Source: Macrostomum lignano
Taxonomy: Eukaryota
Direction of reading: 5' to 3'
Assembly: GCA_002269645.1 (NCBI GenBank)
Contig: NIVC01000598.1
Span: forward strand, 124,001-188,000
Length of the DNA stretch: 64,000 nucleotides
This document shows, piece by piece, positions 20,505 to 30,978 of this stretch. Each line of letters opens with the position of its first letter. The first letter of the stretch is position 1. The notes below the pieces were generated by a model. The model saw only the letters and a list, made by a program, of their open reading frames with translations, was not told the DNA's origin and made no database searches. The translations under genes and the position numbers were made by a program.

Positions 20505-21485
20505 TTAATTAGTAAATTGCATCGGAATGCAAATACCTGTGTTTAGAATCATGGTTCCGTTGCTAAAGTTCATGCTCTCACAAAAGTTCATGAAAAAATC
20601 CATTCCCAAGATGTCATCGCACTCATGACTGCATAGCAAGAAGTCTGTCTCAACTTCTACCTCTTCGAACTCTATTGTCACCGAAACTTCTCCTTCAATT
20701 TGAACATCCGATCCATCGAAAGTGATCACTCTTCTATCGGATGGTCGAATTTCTTGGTCCCTGCATACTTCTCTCCAGGTGCTTCTACTTAGGAAGTTAT
20801 TACCAGCTCCGGTGTCTAACAGAAAGCGAACGTTCTGTGTACGAATTCTTCCATCGATTACCGCTTCTCTAGATTTCGTCTTCGTATCAGCACTTGTACT
20901 TGGCTCTTCATTTGCACTTTCATGCAGCTTAATGCTCTCTCCTGCTGGGCTTGGAGTACTTTTCTCTTCCTCCTCACTACGTACTTCAGAATAGCAATTG
21001 GATGCGCGCATAGTATCTACATCCGGCAGTGTAGGAGCATTTGCGTGATTTCTGTTTGGTCTTCTGAACTGATTATAGTCTTCAAATGGCTTGTACATGC
21101 ACGCATACTGTTTGCTACATTGGTACGCATTTGTTACAGAATCAAAGGCCAGAGTTTCACTTCTTGATTTGCTAAATCGGCGCGGCCTCGTTACACGGCC
21201 CTCGCTTAGCTGCCTTGGATTGTTCTGCTTAGCACTCCTGCAGTGCCTCGCGATGTGACCAATCTTCCCGCAGTTGTAGCAAGTCAGCGGCTGACGTCGC
21301 GGCTGACCCGAGTTCGGGTGCTGCAGCTTGGCAAACATCTGCTGTCGTGACTGCAATACTCCGTTGGCATACTGTGGCGGAATGGGCTGCTGCTGCTGCT
21401 GCTGGAACCCTCGAGGATACTGTCTAACAGCTGGTGCAGACGAATACACGTAGTTCTTTGGAAATTGCGAGTGACTATTCTGCAT
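20505..21485 (-). CDS. Truncated retrotransposon gag (CCHC knuckle)-aspartic protease ORF, 326 aa
   Basis: CYNCGKIGHIARHC zinc knuckle and VRFLLDTGAGNNF...DDILGMDF retropepsin motifs. No capsid region upstream and no RT or integrase downstream. Confidence 0.88.
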   Translation of the reverse strand: MQNSHSQFPKNYVYSSAPAVRQYPRGFQQQQQQPIPPQYANGVLQSRQQMFAKLQHPNSGQPRRQPLTCYNCGKIGHIARHCRSAKQNNPRQLSEGRVTRPRRFSKSRSETLAFDSVTNAYQCSKQYACMYKPFEDYNQFRRPNRNHANAPTLPDVDTMRASNCYSEVRSEEEEKSTPSPAGESIKLHESANEEPSTSADTKTKSREAVIDGRIRTQNVRFLLDTGAGNNFLSRSTWREVCRDQEIRPSDRRVITFDGSDVQIEGEVSVTIEFEEVEVETDFLLCSHECDDILGMDFFMNFCESMNFSNGTMILNTGICIPMQFTN

Positions 21486-22099
21486 TTTCTCTTAGCTTAG
21501 TTCTGGCAGGCTTTCTTCTGCTCTTCGATTTCAAATCTCTGCTTTGAAATTGTACTAGGGGTACGACTGTGTTTCGTAAATAATCCCACCGCTGCCACCA
21601 AGTTGTTGCAGATGATGTTTACTAATTTTTTTGTTTTGGATTTATCTCGCTAGGGGTTTTGGTTTAATTCTAGAATTTATCTTAAATTGGACACCAAATT
21701 TGTTACAGACTATATACTGATATTAAATTGCCTGAGAAGATTGGGGGGGGGGGGGGGTCTTGGGCTTTCGTGTATGCACGGATTGCCCTGGTAGCGCGCA
21801 GTGCCCGAGCGGCAGAACACTGTTTTGGCTGGTTGGGGGTGAATCAGTCCTAAAGTGGCGCCCTCCAATGGATCGAGGTGGCCCGGTGATTTCTCTTTCC
21901 TCTTACGGATTGGCTTGTGTCAATTACGACTTCTTATTGGCTGTTTCAGTTCGAATGCTTCTATTGGGGCATTTCACCCTCTGCTCTTGGCAAATTGAGC
22001 CTTGACTCTTTGCTGTAACGTTAGTGGCTCTTAGACTAGTCGTCTTGTGCTCTTGGTATTTTCTACCTGTCCAATGAGCATTCGCTCTTAGTTCTAACA
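20505..22099 (-). mobile_element. Defective Gypsy-type LTR element: putative 5' LTR 22099-21604, tRNA-Leu PBS 21600-21582, gag-PR fragment
   Basis: Plus-strand AATCCCACCGCTGCCACCA (21582-21600) equals the 3' end of animal tRNA-Leu(AAG/TAG) plus CCA. It lies 3 nt from TGTTGCA, the LTR end. The LTR start at 22099 (TGTTAG) is inferred from the TGTT..AACA terminal inverted repeat. No second LTR was found. Confidence 0.75.
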
Positions 22100-22344
22100 A
22101 ATGAGGAAAGACTTAAGCAACTCCGCTTATTCGTTCTTTATCAGAAAATGGGACAGTTGAACCAAAATTATCGGTTGGCCTCTGGGGCGCAAAAACGGCT
22201 TGTATTTATACTAGTTCAAGCGAGGGGGAAGAGCGCATTTAAACAAACTACGTGAATTTTCGTTCCTAGATTTCTTGTGGGAATTTAAAATAGTCGCCTC
22301 TCTCAAAATGATTCTTTCCAATATTGTTGATATTCAACCAGTCT

Positions 22345-22480
22345 CTGGAAATTATACTCCTGTTTCCTGGGAATTATACTCTAGTTTCCTGAGCATTACT
22401 CTACAGTTTTCTGAGGATTACACTCCAGCTTTCTGGGTAATATATACTTCAGCTTTCTGAGGATTATACTCCAATTTCTC
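22345..22480. repeat. Short degenerate tandem repeat of about 22-24 bp (GAATTATACTCCAGTTTCCTG-like)
   Basis: About 5-6 imperfect copies visible. Confidence 0.6.
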
Positions 22481-22832
22481 TCAATTAGCAATTCTTCTGC
22501 TTTCTTAGATCGAAAATGTGTAGTTTTCTTCCTATATATTGCTTAAAGCTCAAAGGCAGAACGCAGATAGCTTTTTGCTTCCTTTGCGTAGATTGCTTCC
22601 ACAAAAACTCGTGTATTTATAGTATTTTTCCTTTCCGTTTTTAACAAAAGTTGGAACATTTTATATATGTACGTATTAAAACAATTTTTTGAAAGTTTAA
22701 AATTACGATTTTCATAGAATCGGTTATGTACTCCTATAAATTATGTCAGCTCGTATATGGTTATACATATATAATATCAAATCACATCAGAAATCATATA
22801 AATATTTATGTTTAAAACTTGTATAGTATGGA

Positions 22833-23153
22833 TTGGAAGTCAGCAAACTTTTTTATATCAAGGGCCAGATAAGGAATCCAGCTCATGGCTGCGGGCTAGC
22901 CTAGGTGAAAGAGGAAAGAAGAGGGAATAGAAGATGGGAGATGAGGCTAGAGGAGGGGCGAGAGATAGGATGAGAGAAGAGGGGATAGAAAGAAGAGAAG
23001 AGAGGAGAGGGAGAGAGGAGAAAAGAGAAAGGGAGCTGAAAAGTGACGAAACTTGAGTGGTATTGTGAAGTTTCAATGGACCTGAGGGCTGGATGGAGGC
23101 TTCTTTGGCCACATGTGGCCTGTGAGCCAGACTCAGAGTTTGCTGATCCCCAG
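22833..23153. mobile_element. CpG-decayed hAT/Charlie-like MITE with a GA-rich interior
   Basis: Ends GTCAGCAAACTTTTTTATATCAAGGGCCAGATA and GGCCACATGTGGCCTGTGAGCCAGACTCAGAGTTTGCTGATCCCCAG resemble MER58-type CAGGGGTCGGCAAAC termini with CG converted to TG or CA. No clean TSD. Confidence 0.55.
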
Positions 23154-23425
23154 TATGAGACTAGAGATAATAGAGACTTAGAGACTAGATAGGCCTAGTC
23201 TTAATAGTCTTAAAAAAGACTCTATATACTTAGATTTTAAGTATATAGAGACTATATACTTAAAATATATAGTCTCGTCTCTATGCTAATGGCAATGCTA
23301 GCTAGTTATATTATTATTATGTATAATTTATAAATAAAAGCAATATATTAATTTTACATATTTATATTATTATTGAAATTATATAAGTAAAAACATTAGA
23401 TTGCCTATTTGTCTTAACTTGTTAT

Positions 23426-24192
23426 TGTAGTAGTGCTTCAATACTGTACGAATTTTGAGCAATAAAGGTATGTTTTCTTAGAAACTAAACTCGTGCGAAA
23501 TACTAGATAAATATTTTGTTTTACCGTACCGAATATTTTTGTTTTACTGCGCAAAATAAATTGGGGAATTATTTTTTGTTTTAATCGTATGGGGGGGAAA
23601 CCACTATATATAGGAGCGATTTTATGGCAAATAAAACAACTGTCTTTTACTCGTGAGCAAATAATTGCGAACAGAATAAGCAGTTCAATCTAAACCATTT
23701 CAAAGTCTTTGAGCTAAATAGCGACTTATTTATTTGCAAAACCTGTGAAACGATTCTAAGAAATTTGCTAAGAGAAGGGAATTGGGACTAATTCTTGGAG
23801 ATATACCAAGAGAGGCGCCGTGACCCTCTAGTCTCGGTGAACGCCCGATTAGGACTATACACTAATACATATACCAGTACTAGACCGCTCAGGCCATAAG
23901 CTACTAGAACGCTACCAGAAAGCAAGCCATAAGCTACCAGAAACGCTACTAAGAACGCTACCAGAAACGCTACTAAGAACGCTACCCAGAAATATTTAAA
24001 TGAAATTCTAAGAAATAGTTAGGGAGTAAAAGCAAGTACAATCAGGATAACTGTAGTTGGCAAATCGGTGGGATCAAAATTGATAAAGTAAGAGGTGAAA
24101 GGCCTGTAACAACTTTGGTGGCAGCTCGTAGGATATTTAATAAACACTAATAGTTAGAAGTTTAGAAAGACAGAGCCAAAAGGCCTGTCACA
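23426..24192 (+). repeat. 5' LTR
   Basis: Direct repeat of 30979-31747, followed by the PBS. Confidence 0.95.
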
Positions 24193-24293
24193 GCTGGTGG
24201 CAGCGATAAGGATTAGAGAAACGGCGCGAACTCTCAAAACTAGATTCAGAAGAATTCCGAAGAATAATTTGAAAAGTTTTTCATAGAGAGAAG

Positions 24294-24872
24294 ATGAATC
24301 AGAATCAGGCTAATGATGCCATCGCCATGCTGGCAGAGGAACTGAGGAAACATCTCAAGTTAGGATCGAAGGAGGCTGAAGTGCAAGTAGAAAAGTTCAC
24401 ACCTGGTCAGAACATTAGGCAGTGGATGAACACGTTTGAGCAGCAGTGCAGAATCCAAGGGATTACAGGCGAGAAACAGAAGGAAGCTCTCTTTGCTAAT
24501 CTAAACATCCCAGAGGGACTGAAACGCCGAATCAGTCACAGAAAAGAGCAGAGTCAGTATCAGGAAATTAGGCGACGAATAATCGAAGAATTTGAGCCGA
24601 AGCAGCAGAACCGAAAAGAGGGAATTGATGCATTAGTAGAGTGTCTAATGACCTTGACCTTCGTGCTAACGAACATTAGCCTAGAACCAAAGACAGGGCA
24701 GCAGCAGCAGTCAGTGCTAAGACCGCGCCGCCTGAACAGATTCAGTGGAATCAGGCCAGAGCCGACACCTGGTCACTGCTTCTTCTGCAACCAGCCAGGA
24801 CCCATTAGGCCTCAAGCAGGACACCAGTGCCGAATCAACTTCAATCGGTACGCCCAGCAGAAGCCGCCATAA
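24294..24872 (+). CDS. Shortened gag-like protein (192 aa) of the LTR element
   Basis: Located just after the PBS. KFTPGQNIRQWMNTFEQQCRIQG resembles the capsid N-terminus of Gypsy gag. CFFCNQPG...HQC is a degenerate knuckle. Confidence 0.7.
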   Translation: MNQNQANDAIAMLAEELRKHLKLGSKEAEVQVEKFTPGQNIRQWMNTFEQQCRIQGITGEKQKEALFANLNIPEGLKRRISHRKEQSQYQEIRRRIIEEFEPKQQNRKEGIDALVECLMTLTFVLTNISLEPKTGQQQQSVLRPRRLNRFSGIRPEPTPGHCFFCNQPGPIRPQAGHQCRINFNRYAQQKPP

Positions 24873-25901
24873 TCAGAAAGTGAGCGAACTCAAGCGAATC
24901 AGCAAATTAAAAGTGTCTGTAAAGCAAATCTGTAAATATGTTTCAAATATATATGCATAAATATAAAAACGAATAAAAAAATTCAGAAAAACCCAAAAAC
25001 ATTTGATTAAGAGGTATTTTGTTGGCATGTTGCAAGGCAATAAGCTGTCTAAAAGAAATAAAATAATTAAATTTTAGGAAGGTGACCCTTAAAAGGGCCG
25101 TTTGACCTTAAAAGGGCCGTTTTACTAAGAAACTTATTTAGGAAAGCCAGGGAACTGCAATTTCGGACTGAAAACATTGAAGGAAGATTATTTTACTCAG
25201 AGAAGTTGACGAGAAGTTGATGCTGAGAGAATTGTGCAGAATTGTGCGAAGAGAATTGTCGAAAAGATTGGATTGCAGAGATTGGCATGACGCGCGGACA
25301 GCTACGCATGCTGACCAATTGCGGATTGGCCAAAGGCAGAAAGAAGAGGCCGATGACGCTTTCAGAAGAGCCAAAAAAGGTTCAGAGAGTCAGGCCATGC
25401 AGGAAAGGAAGGGCAGTAAGGCCTAAAGAGCAGATTAATACAGAATTTCTATGATTCTACTGACGAGGCCAAACTGAGATAGCGGAAGGGGATTCGAGAT
25501 TTGAGAATTTGTTAAGAGTTGTAGGACCCGTGACAGTAGAGCTGTAGCTGGCATGAGTTCAGCAGAGAAGCTTTCGAGAGGTCAGGGTCGAGTTGAGATA
25601 TTGAGTCGAGAAGTTGTTGAGTTGAGATGAGATGAAATGAAGATGAGATTTCGAAGAGAAGCTGTGAGAATTTGCAAAATTGTTCGAAGAAAAACAGTAA
25701 TAATCTGACTCCAGTGCCGAAATCCGAAATTGATTTACCAGAGGAAATTAATAATAATTTAAAACCAGCACCAGTGTCAACTAAGAAGAAAGAACAGCCG
25801 AAGCCGAAGAAAAGAATTTGCCATAGACAAAAAGAAGTTAGAATTCCAGAAGTTCAAATTTTAGAGGAGGAAAGCTCAGACGAAGAAAACAGAATTCAAT
25901 G

Positions 25902-28900
25902 CACAGCACCCATGGAACATCTTTTAGGGAGAAAAAAAGTACGAAGCAATCCATTCAACTTTTCTTGTTCCATAGACACCTGTAGATGAAAAAAATGAAA
26001 AACAGAAAAAAATTTGCGATAGCTTCATGTTTTATTGCACTTTTTGAATTTTCATGTACTTTTAATTGGCAAAACAGGAAGACATTCCATAAAAACTGCC
26101 ATTTCAGCTTACAGGTCATTAGCAAAATAAATTCAGCTACCTTTTTATCCCATACAGCCAAATAAATAACTAAAGACTTGTTTACATTGAAGCTAGTATC
26201 TCTGCGAGTCACACACTGTTCAAATTAAAGTACCACTAGTCTTGCACAAAGTCTAAATTGATTTGAGTATTCAATGATCTACAGAGTAACTAAACCTTTA
26301 TTTCTGGCTCATATAATCGATAGCATTTGATTGGCCAAATCGTTGTACACGCAGCTAAGCTGAATGAAATCAACCAATCGATTGCTTAACTTTAGGCGGC
26401 CAGTTTTTAACTTAACCGATGTACATCCACCAGACATTTACAATGCTGCACTCGTCTGAAAATTTCATGCCCGCAAGCAGGCCAACTATAAGGTTCAATG
26501 AAAATGTACAATCATGCACTACAAACTCAGTAAACATCTCACAGTGATAGGAAAATCCACTCTATCCTAGCATAAAACAACGCCAACAAACTTCAAATAA
26601 AGTTATATTCTATCATCAGTTTTATAGCACTTTTGATAGCTCTGCAATGCCATCAACGGCTTTAACTCATTCGGAGAATCGATTGAAAGTATGCCTGATC
26701 TGCTTTAAAAAAGGAGCATCTCATGAACCTATTCGTGACGCAAATCTACAACGCATCAATCGAAATTTTATCGAAGATATTGACATCACTGATGAAAGTC
26801 TTCCAGCATCTTTGTGCGCTCGGTGTCGCAAACTTCTTCTTGATGTCGACAGTGGTAGAAAGCCAGTGGATGCTCTGCCCCAACCATATGACTTCTCAAA
26901 AGTGAAGCAGACAGCAGTCACACGACAGAATCCCCTGTGCCATTGTGATCTGTGTGAAGTCCCCCGGATGACTCCGATTGGTCAGGGGCTTGGCTCTGCC
27001 AAAGTTCCGGCTCACCCGATTGGCCGGCCGAAGAAATCCAACGACCAGCTGCCTGTAGCTTTGCCAGCTAAAATCTGCCGACGCTGCCTTTGCATCCTCC
27101 GGCGAGGAGTCAGTCACTGCTGTACCATCACTCAACGCCGGGAAAACCTGTGCACAGAGTACTCTGTGGACCAGCGAGGGGCTGAGATGCACGCAGCCAA
27201 AGTAATCAAAAGAAAAGCTGTCGATGCGCACGGTGCTGCTCCAATTCAACTGGCAACTCGTGGGCGTAATCTAACACTCAGTCTCCTAGCCCCATCACAA
27301 GCTAAAAACTCGGCTGCTTTTTACGATTCGCCGATCTCAGCATCTGAAATGAGCTGCTTTCAGCAGGCGCTGAGTCTAAGCAGACGGCAAACGAGGACTG
27401 CAGCGCAATTCTTCCGTAAGTGGAAAGGGCGGAAGTCAATTGAAGCAGGCCTGGAGTCGAAGTTGCAGCAGCTGGACAGCAGCCTCAGCGAGTATTTTTC
27501 GGTGACCGATGCAGAGTTTGAGATCAGCGGCGGTCAGAAGAAGCGCTGCTCCGTCGTATTCTGCAGGGACCCAGCAGGTCTCATTGATTACATGCTGCAA
27601 CACCGGAGGGCGCCTTTTGGTTCTGAGTTCGTTGCAAAAGTTGGAATGGACAGTGGTGGTGATTTTCTGAAAATCTGTCTCAGCCTCATAGTTGACACAT
27701 CAACTGATGCAAGTGACTTCGAGACTCAGGCTGCCGATGTCTGCTCAAGCCACTTTGCCGAAGGAGGTGTCAAGAGACTCATGCTACTAGGAATTGTTCA
27801 AGGAGTGAAAGAAACGTATGCCAACCTTAAGACCATGCTGGATCTTTTGAATATGAAAGGCGTCCGATATTACTGCTCGATGGACATGAAGATGGCCAAC
27901 ATCTTCCTTGGGCTTCAGGCATGCAGCAGCTTGCATCCGTGTCCTTGGTGCGAGTGCAGGCGGAACCTTTTTGGTGATGCGCATCGTGACATCCAGCTGC
28001 GGACGCTCGGTGCCATTCGAAGAAATACAGCCCAGTATCAGCAGGCAGCTCGGCAGCATCGGGGCAGTTTGCAGCTTGGAGCTGCCAACTTCAAGAATTG
28101 TGTGCATGATCCACTAACAGATCTGCCTGACGACACCGAGGTTCTAACGATCGTGCCTCCAATGGAACTGCACCTGATGCTGGGAATTACCAACCGGCTG
28201 CTGGAAGAACTGGACACGCGACTCCAAGCGACAAATGACTGTTCGGTGCGCATTGATGACTGGCTTGCTCGACTGGGAGTTCAGCGACAGCCTCAGCATG
28301 GCAGGCAGATAAACGGCAATGACTGCGCAAAGGTGCTGGAGTCAGTAGATCAGTTGGAGCAGATGGTCCGAGACTGCGATGCTTGCCTGGGAATGCCCGT
28401 TGTGTTTGCTCTGCGGTGCTTTCGAGAGGTAAAGAGAACCTGCTTCAGCCTTGAACTGCGCGATGGCTTCGAGACCGCCGTGGCTCACTTTGCTCAGGCT
28501 TACGCGGATCTCGGTATTAGCACCACGCCGAAGGTGCACGCGCTGATTGACCACGTGGTGCCTTTCCTCTCAAGCGCTGACAACAGGGAAGCCCGACGTG
28601 GACTAGGCTTTTGGTCTGAGCAAGCTGGCGAAGCTGTGCATCGCGATTTCAACAGCCTGTGGTGCCGCAGCTACAAAGTTAGTCCTACAAATTCTCAGTA
28701 TGCACAACAGCTGCTGAAGTGCACTGTTGCGTACTGCTCGCGGCATTTGTGACCTGCTTTAATAGTAAGAACATTTTCTTTTTCTAAGTCTTTTTTTTGT
28801 TTGCAATAGCAGATAGAAAAAATGTGTCTTTAAGCTATCTATAATATTTGTTTATGGTAAAAACTTATTTAAAAAACACTATTTAAAGTAGCCTAATGCA

Positions 28901-29183
28901 CTGCATATAATTTTTTTATCGGCCTGATAGTTTAAGTTAAGCAGGTAGCTGAATTTAATACGCTGATGACCTGCAAGCTGAAATGGCAGTTTTTATGGAA
29001 TGTCTTCCTGTTTTGCCAATTAAAAGTACATGAAAATTCAAAAAGTGCAATAAAACATGAAGCTATCGCAAATTTTTTTCTGTTTTTCATTTTTTTCATC
29101 TACAGGTGTCTATGGAACAAGAAAAGTTGAATGGATTGCTTCGTACTTTTTTTCTCCCTAAAAGATGTTCCATGGGTGCTGTG
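25902..29183 (+). mobile_element. Intact Chapaev-type (CMC, RAG1/Transib-related) DNA transposon, 3282 bp
   Basis: Perfect 209-bp TIRs (25902-26110 and 28975-29183) starting CACAGCACCC, with about 30 bp of imperfect extension. 4-bp TSD AATG (25898-25901 and 29184-29187). Single intact transposase ORF. Confidence 0.92.
26647..28752 (+). CDS. Chapaev transposase, 701 aa (N-terminal Chapa-like Zn finger plus RAG1-like DDE core)
   Basis: N-terminus H-x7-C-x2-C...P-x3-C-x2-C (HSENRLKVCLIC...PASLCARC). Core motifs: VGMDSGG (D1), SMDMKMANIFLGLQACSSLHPCPWC (D2 and CxxC), ELHLMLGI, TPKVHALIDHV, GFWSEQAGEAVH (E). These parallel RAG1 LHCDIG, YFHKTLAHV and GAWASEGNESGN. Confidence 0.9.
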   Translation: MPSTALTHSENRLKVCLICFKKGASHEPIRDANLQRINRNFIEDIDITDESLPASLCARCRKLLLDVDSGRKPVDALPQPYDFSKVKQTAVTRQNPLCHCDLCEVPRMTPIGQGLGSAKVPAHPIGRPKKSNDQLPVALPAKICRRCLCILRRGVSHCCTITQRRENLCTEYSVDQRGAEMHAAKVIKRKAVDAHGAAPIQLATRGRNLTLSLLAPSQAKNSAAFYDSPISASEMSCFQQALSLSRRQTRTAAQFFRKWKGRKSIEAGLESKLQQLDSSLSEYFSVTDAEFEISGGQKKRCSVVFCRDPAGLIDYMLQHRRAPFGSEFVAKVGMDSGGDFLKICLSLIVDTSTDASDFETQAADVCSSHFAEGGVKRLMLLGIVQGVKETYANLKTMLDLLNMKGVRYYCSMDMKMANIFLGLQACSSLHPCPWCECRRNLFGDAHRDIQLRTLGAIRRNTAQYQQAARQHRGSLQLGAANFKNCVHDPLTDLPDDTEVLTIVPPMELHLMLGITNRLLEELDTRLQATNDCSVRIDDWLARLGVQRQPQHGRQINGNDCAKVLESVDQLEQMVRDCDACLGMPVVFALRCFREVKRTCFSLELRDGFETAVAHFAQAYADLGISTTPKVHALIDHVVPFLSSADNREARRGLGFWSEQAGEAVHRDFNSLWCRSYKVSPTNSQYAQQLLKCTVAYCSRHL

Positions 29184-29687
29184 AATGGAGAGTATTCGCA
29201 GATCCGAATTCGCAGAGTGAAAACGAAGGAAATGAAGAATTGAACAGTGAGAATACAGAGAGAGCGACTGACTCAGATGAGCCATCAGAAGAAGAAGAAG
29301 GAGCATTAGAGTTAGAGAAGGAACGAGTTCAGCCAGAGAATAGGTATAACTTTAGGATGACTCAGCGAAGGAGAGAAAGAGAAGGCGCGACAGGATTTGT
29401 GCCCCGAAGGCGCTACGCGAAATATTTAGCACCTTAAACCATGACGTAAGCAATTTCCCATAAGAAACAGTGTTAAACAGTTAAATTTCCGTATTAGAAT
29501 TACTTATCTGCTTATAAAATTTGACATGCTGTACATAGAGCGAATCTGTAAATACCATATTAATCTAAAAAATGCGATCTTTAATTTGATACTTTACTCA
29601 AGAAAATCTATCAAAAAATAAAAAAGTTATAAAAATAAATAGAAAATCCATAAAAATTTAGTTGTCAAATCTGTCAAATCTGGCATG

Positions 29688-29754
29688 CCCCGCCCCACGC
29701 GCGAGGGGAGTGCTTCGAAGAGGTCCAGTTTTTCGGCCCGCCAGCCTATAAATA
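29688..29754 (+). promoter_or_regulatory. Candidate internal Pol II promoter (GC box and TATA) for the extra ORF
   Basis: CCCCGCCCC at 29688-29696 and TATAAATA at 29747-29754, about 90 bp upstream of ATG 29836. Motif evidence only. Confidence 0.5.
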
Positions 29755-29835
29755 CGAGCACCCCGCAGGCCCCACAGATCCCATAGCTCACTGCTAGCTT
29801 CCTTTCTATTCTAAGAGTCATTCGAAGAGAACCAT

Positions 29836-30741
29836 ATGGATAACTCAGTCGCCATTCTGCAAGAGTTGATCGGTGACCTGTCCGAAGAGATTGAGCCTCA
29901 GCCGGAGCCTAATGTTGACGAGAACGAGGCGCCGCTACGTTGTCCAACAAGACCAAAGGCGCCTGGTGTAAGCAACAAAAGGCCGAGGGCATCGCCACAA
30001 GCATCATCGCCGTGCCGCCAATTAAACGTGGATGGCCCAGAGCAAAAGCGAGCCGCCTTGCTGACAACACAGGCAGCGGCGCCCATTCGTTCGTACGTTA
30101 TCAAGGCCACGCCAGGCTCGTCAACAGCAGGAAGAACGCAGCAGCTAGTGTCGCCGCCATCTGCCCCGCCATCGAAGAAGCCTCCAGCACCGCGGCGGAA
30201 GAAGCCCGAGGCCGCGCCAACAACGGCTCAACAGCCGCCGAGTCTGCCGGCAGCTCCGCAGCCAGTTTCACTGCCGAACCAGCAGCCAGCTCAACAGTCA
30301 CCGAGTCTGCAGGCAGTTCCGCAGCTAGCTCCACAGCCAGCTCTGCAGCCGAGTCAACAACCAGCTTCGCAGCCGCCGACACCGCAGCAAGACTATCATC
30401 GAATTGTCCGAAAGCTTGTAGAGACTCGTGGATCTGAGGTCGAGAAATTGCGCTTCCATATTGAGCAGTACTCGCTGAAGGTCGCGTACCATCGATCTGA
30501 CATGCGGCAGCGATATCCTCAAGGGTCTCAGATCTGGCAGCACCTGAAGTTCCTTAGGGAACAGTTTAGCCACCAAGAAGCGGTTGCGATTCTGCAAGAT
30601 GTCGCCCATCGTATCCAAAGGGCCAGGCAAGTCAACCCGCCACCTTCGCTAGCTGTACTAGACGAGGAGTACAACTGGTTCTTCTCTCAAATCGGCTGGC
30701 CTTATTACCGTGATCTACCTGAACCATGCAAATTTATTTGA
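29836..30741 (+). CDS. Unknown 301-aa accessory ORF of the LTR element (Pro/Gln-rich linker, basic patches, about 115-aa helical C-terminal domain)
   Basis: Intact ATG-to-stop ORF between the pol remnant and the PPT. No signal peptide or TM segment, so not env-like. No family recognised. Confidence 0.7.
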   Translation: MDNSVAILQELIGDLSEEIEPQPEPNVDENEAPLRCPTRPKAPGVSNKRPRASPQASSPCRQLNVDGPEQKRAALLTTQAAAPIRSYVIKATPGSSTAGRTQQLVSPPSAPPSKKPPAPRRKKPEAAPTTAQQPPSLPAAPQPVSLPNQQPAQQSPSLQAVPQLAPQPALQPSQQPASQPPTPQQDYHRIVRKLVETRGSEVEKLRFHIEQYSLKVAYHRSDMRQRYPQGSQIWQHLKFLREQFSHQEAVAILQDVAHRIQRARQVNPPPSLAVLDEEYNWFFSQIGWPYYRDLPEPCKFI

Positions 30742-30978
30742 GTTGAACTATCAGAATTGAACTAACTATTGCGTTTACTATCTCACCTGTGCTTTACTTT
30801 TGCCTTTAATAGTTTTAACAATGCTTCCACGATTTTTGCACAACCATTTTATGCACTAGTATGTTGACTTAGCACTCATATATATTTTTTTTGCACTTAG
30901 TTGCGCACTTTTCACCTATATTGATATCAATTTTTCACTGTAATTGTTCGTTCAAACTTGATATTAAGAGGAGGAAGT

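Larger units (their letters stand above)
25672..29437 (+). pseudogene. Acidic/basic low-complexity ORF (possible integrase-tail remnant) split by the Chapaev insertion
   Basis: Removing 25902-29183 and one AATG copy joins ...EENRIQ to WRVFADPNSQSENEG...RYNFRMTQRRRERE...YLAP* in frame. Upstream RVVGPVTVEL (about 25520) resembles the degenerate region after the integrase GPY/F motif. Confidence 0.45.

Noticed and set aside
28964-28990. Hammerhead-like CTGATGA...GAAA
   Set aside because: The intervening CCTGCAAGCT cannot form stem II, and it lies in the transposon TIR region.
25902-29183. Calling the transposon Transib or ProtoRAG
   Set aside because: The TSD is 4 bp rather than 5, a Chapa-like N-terminal finger is present, and there is no RAG2-like ORF.
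29836-30741. env gene
   Set aside because: No signal peptide, furin site context or transmembrane helix visible.
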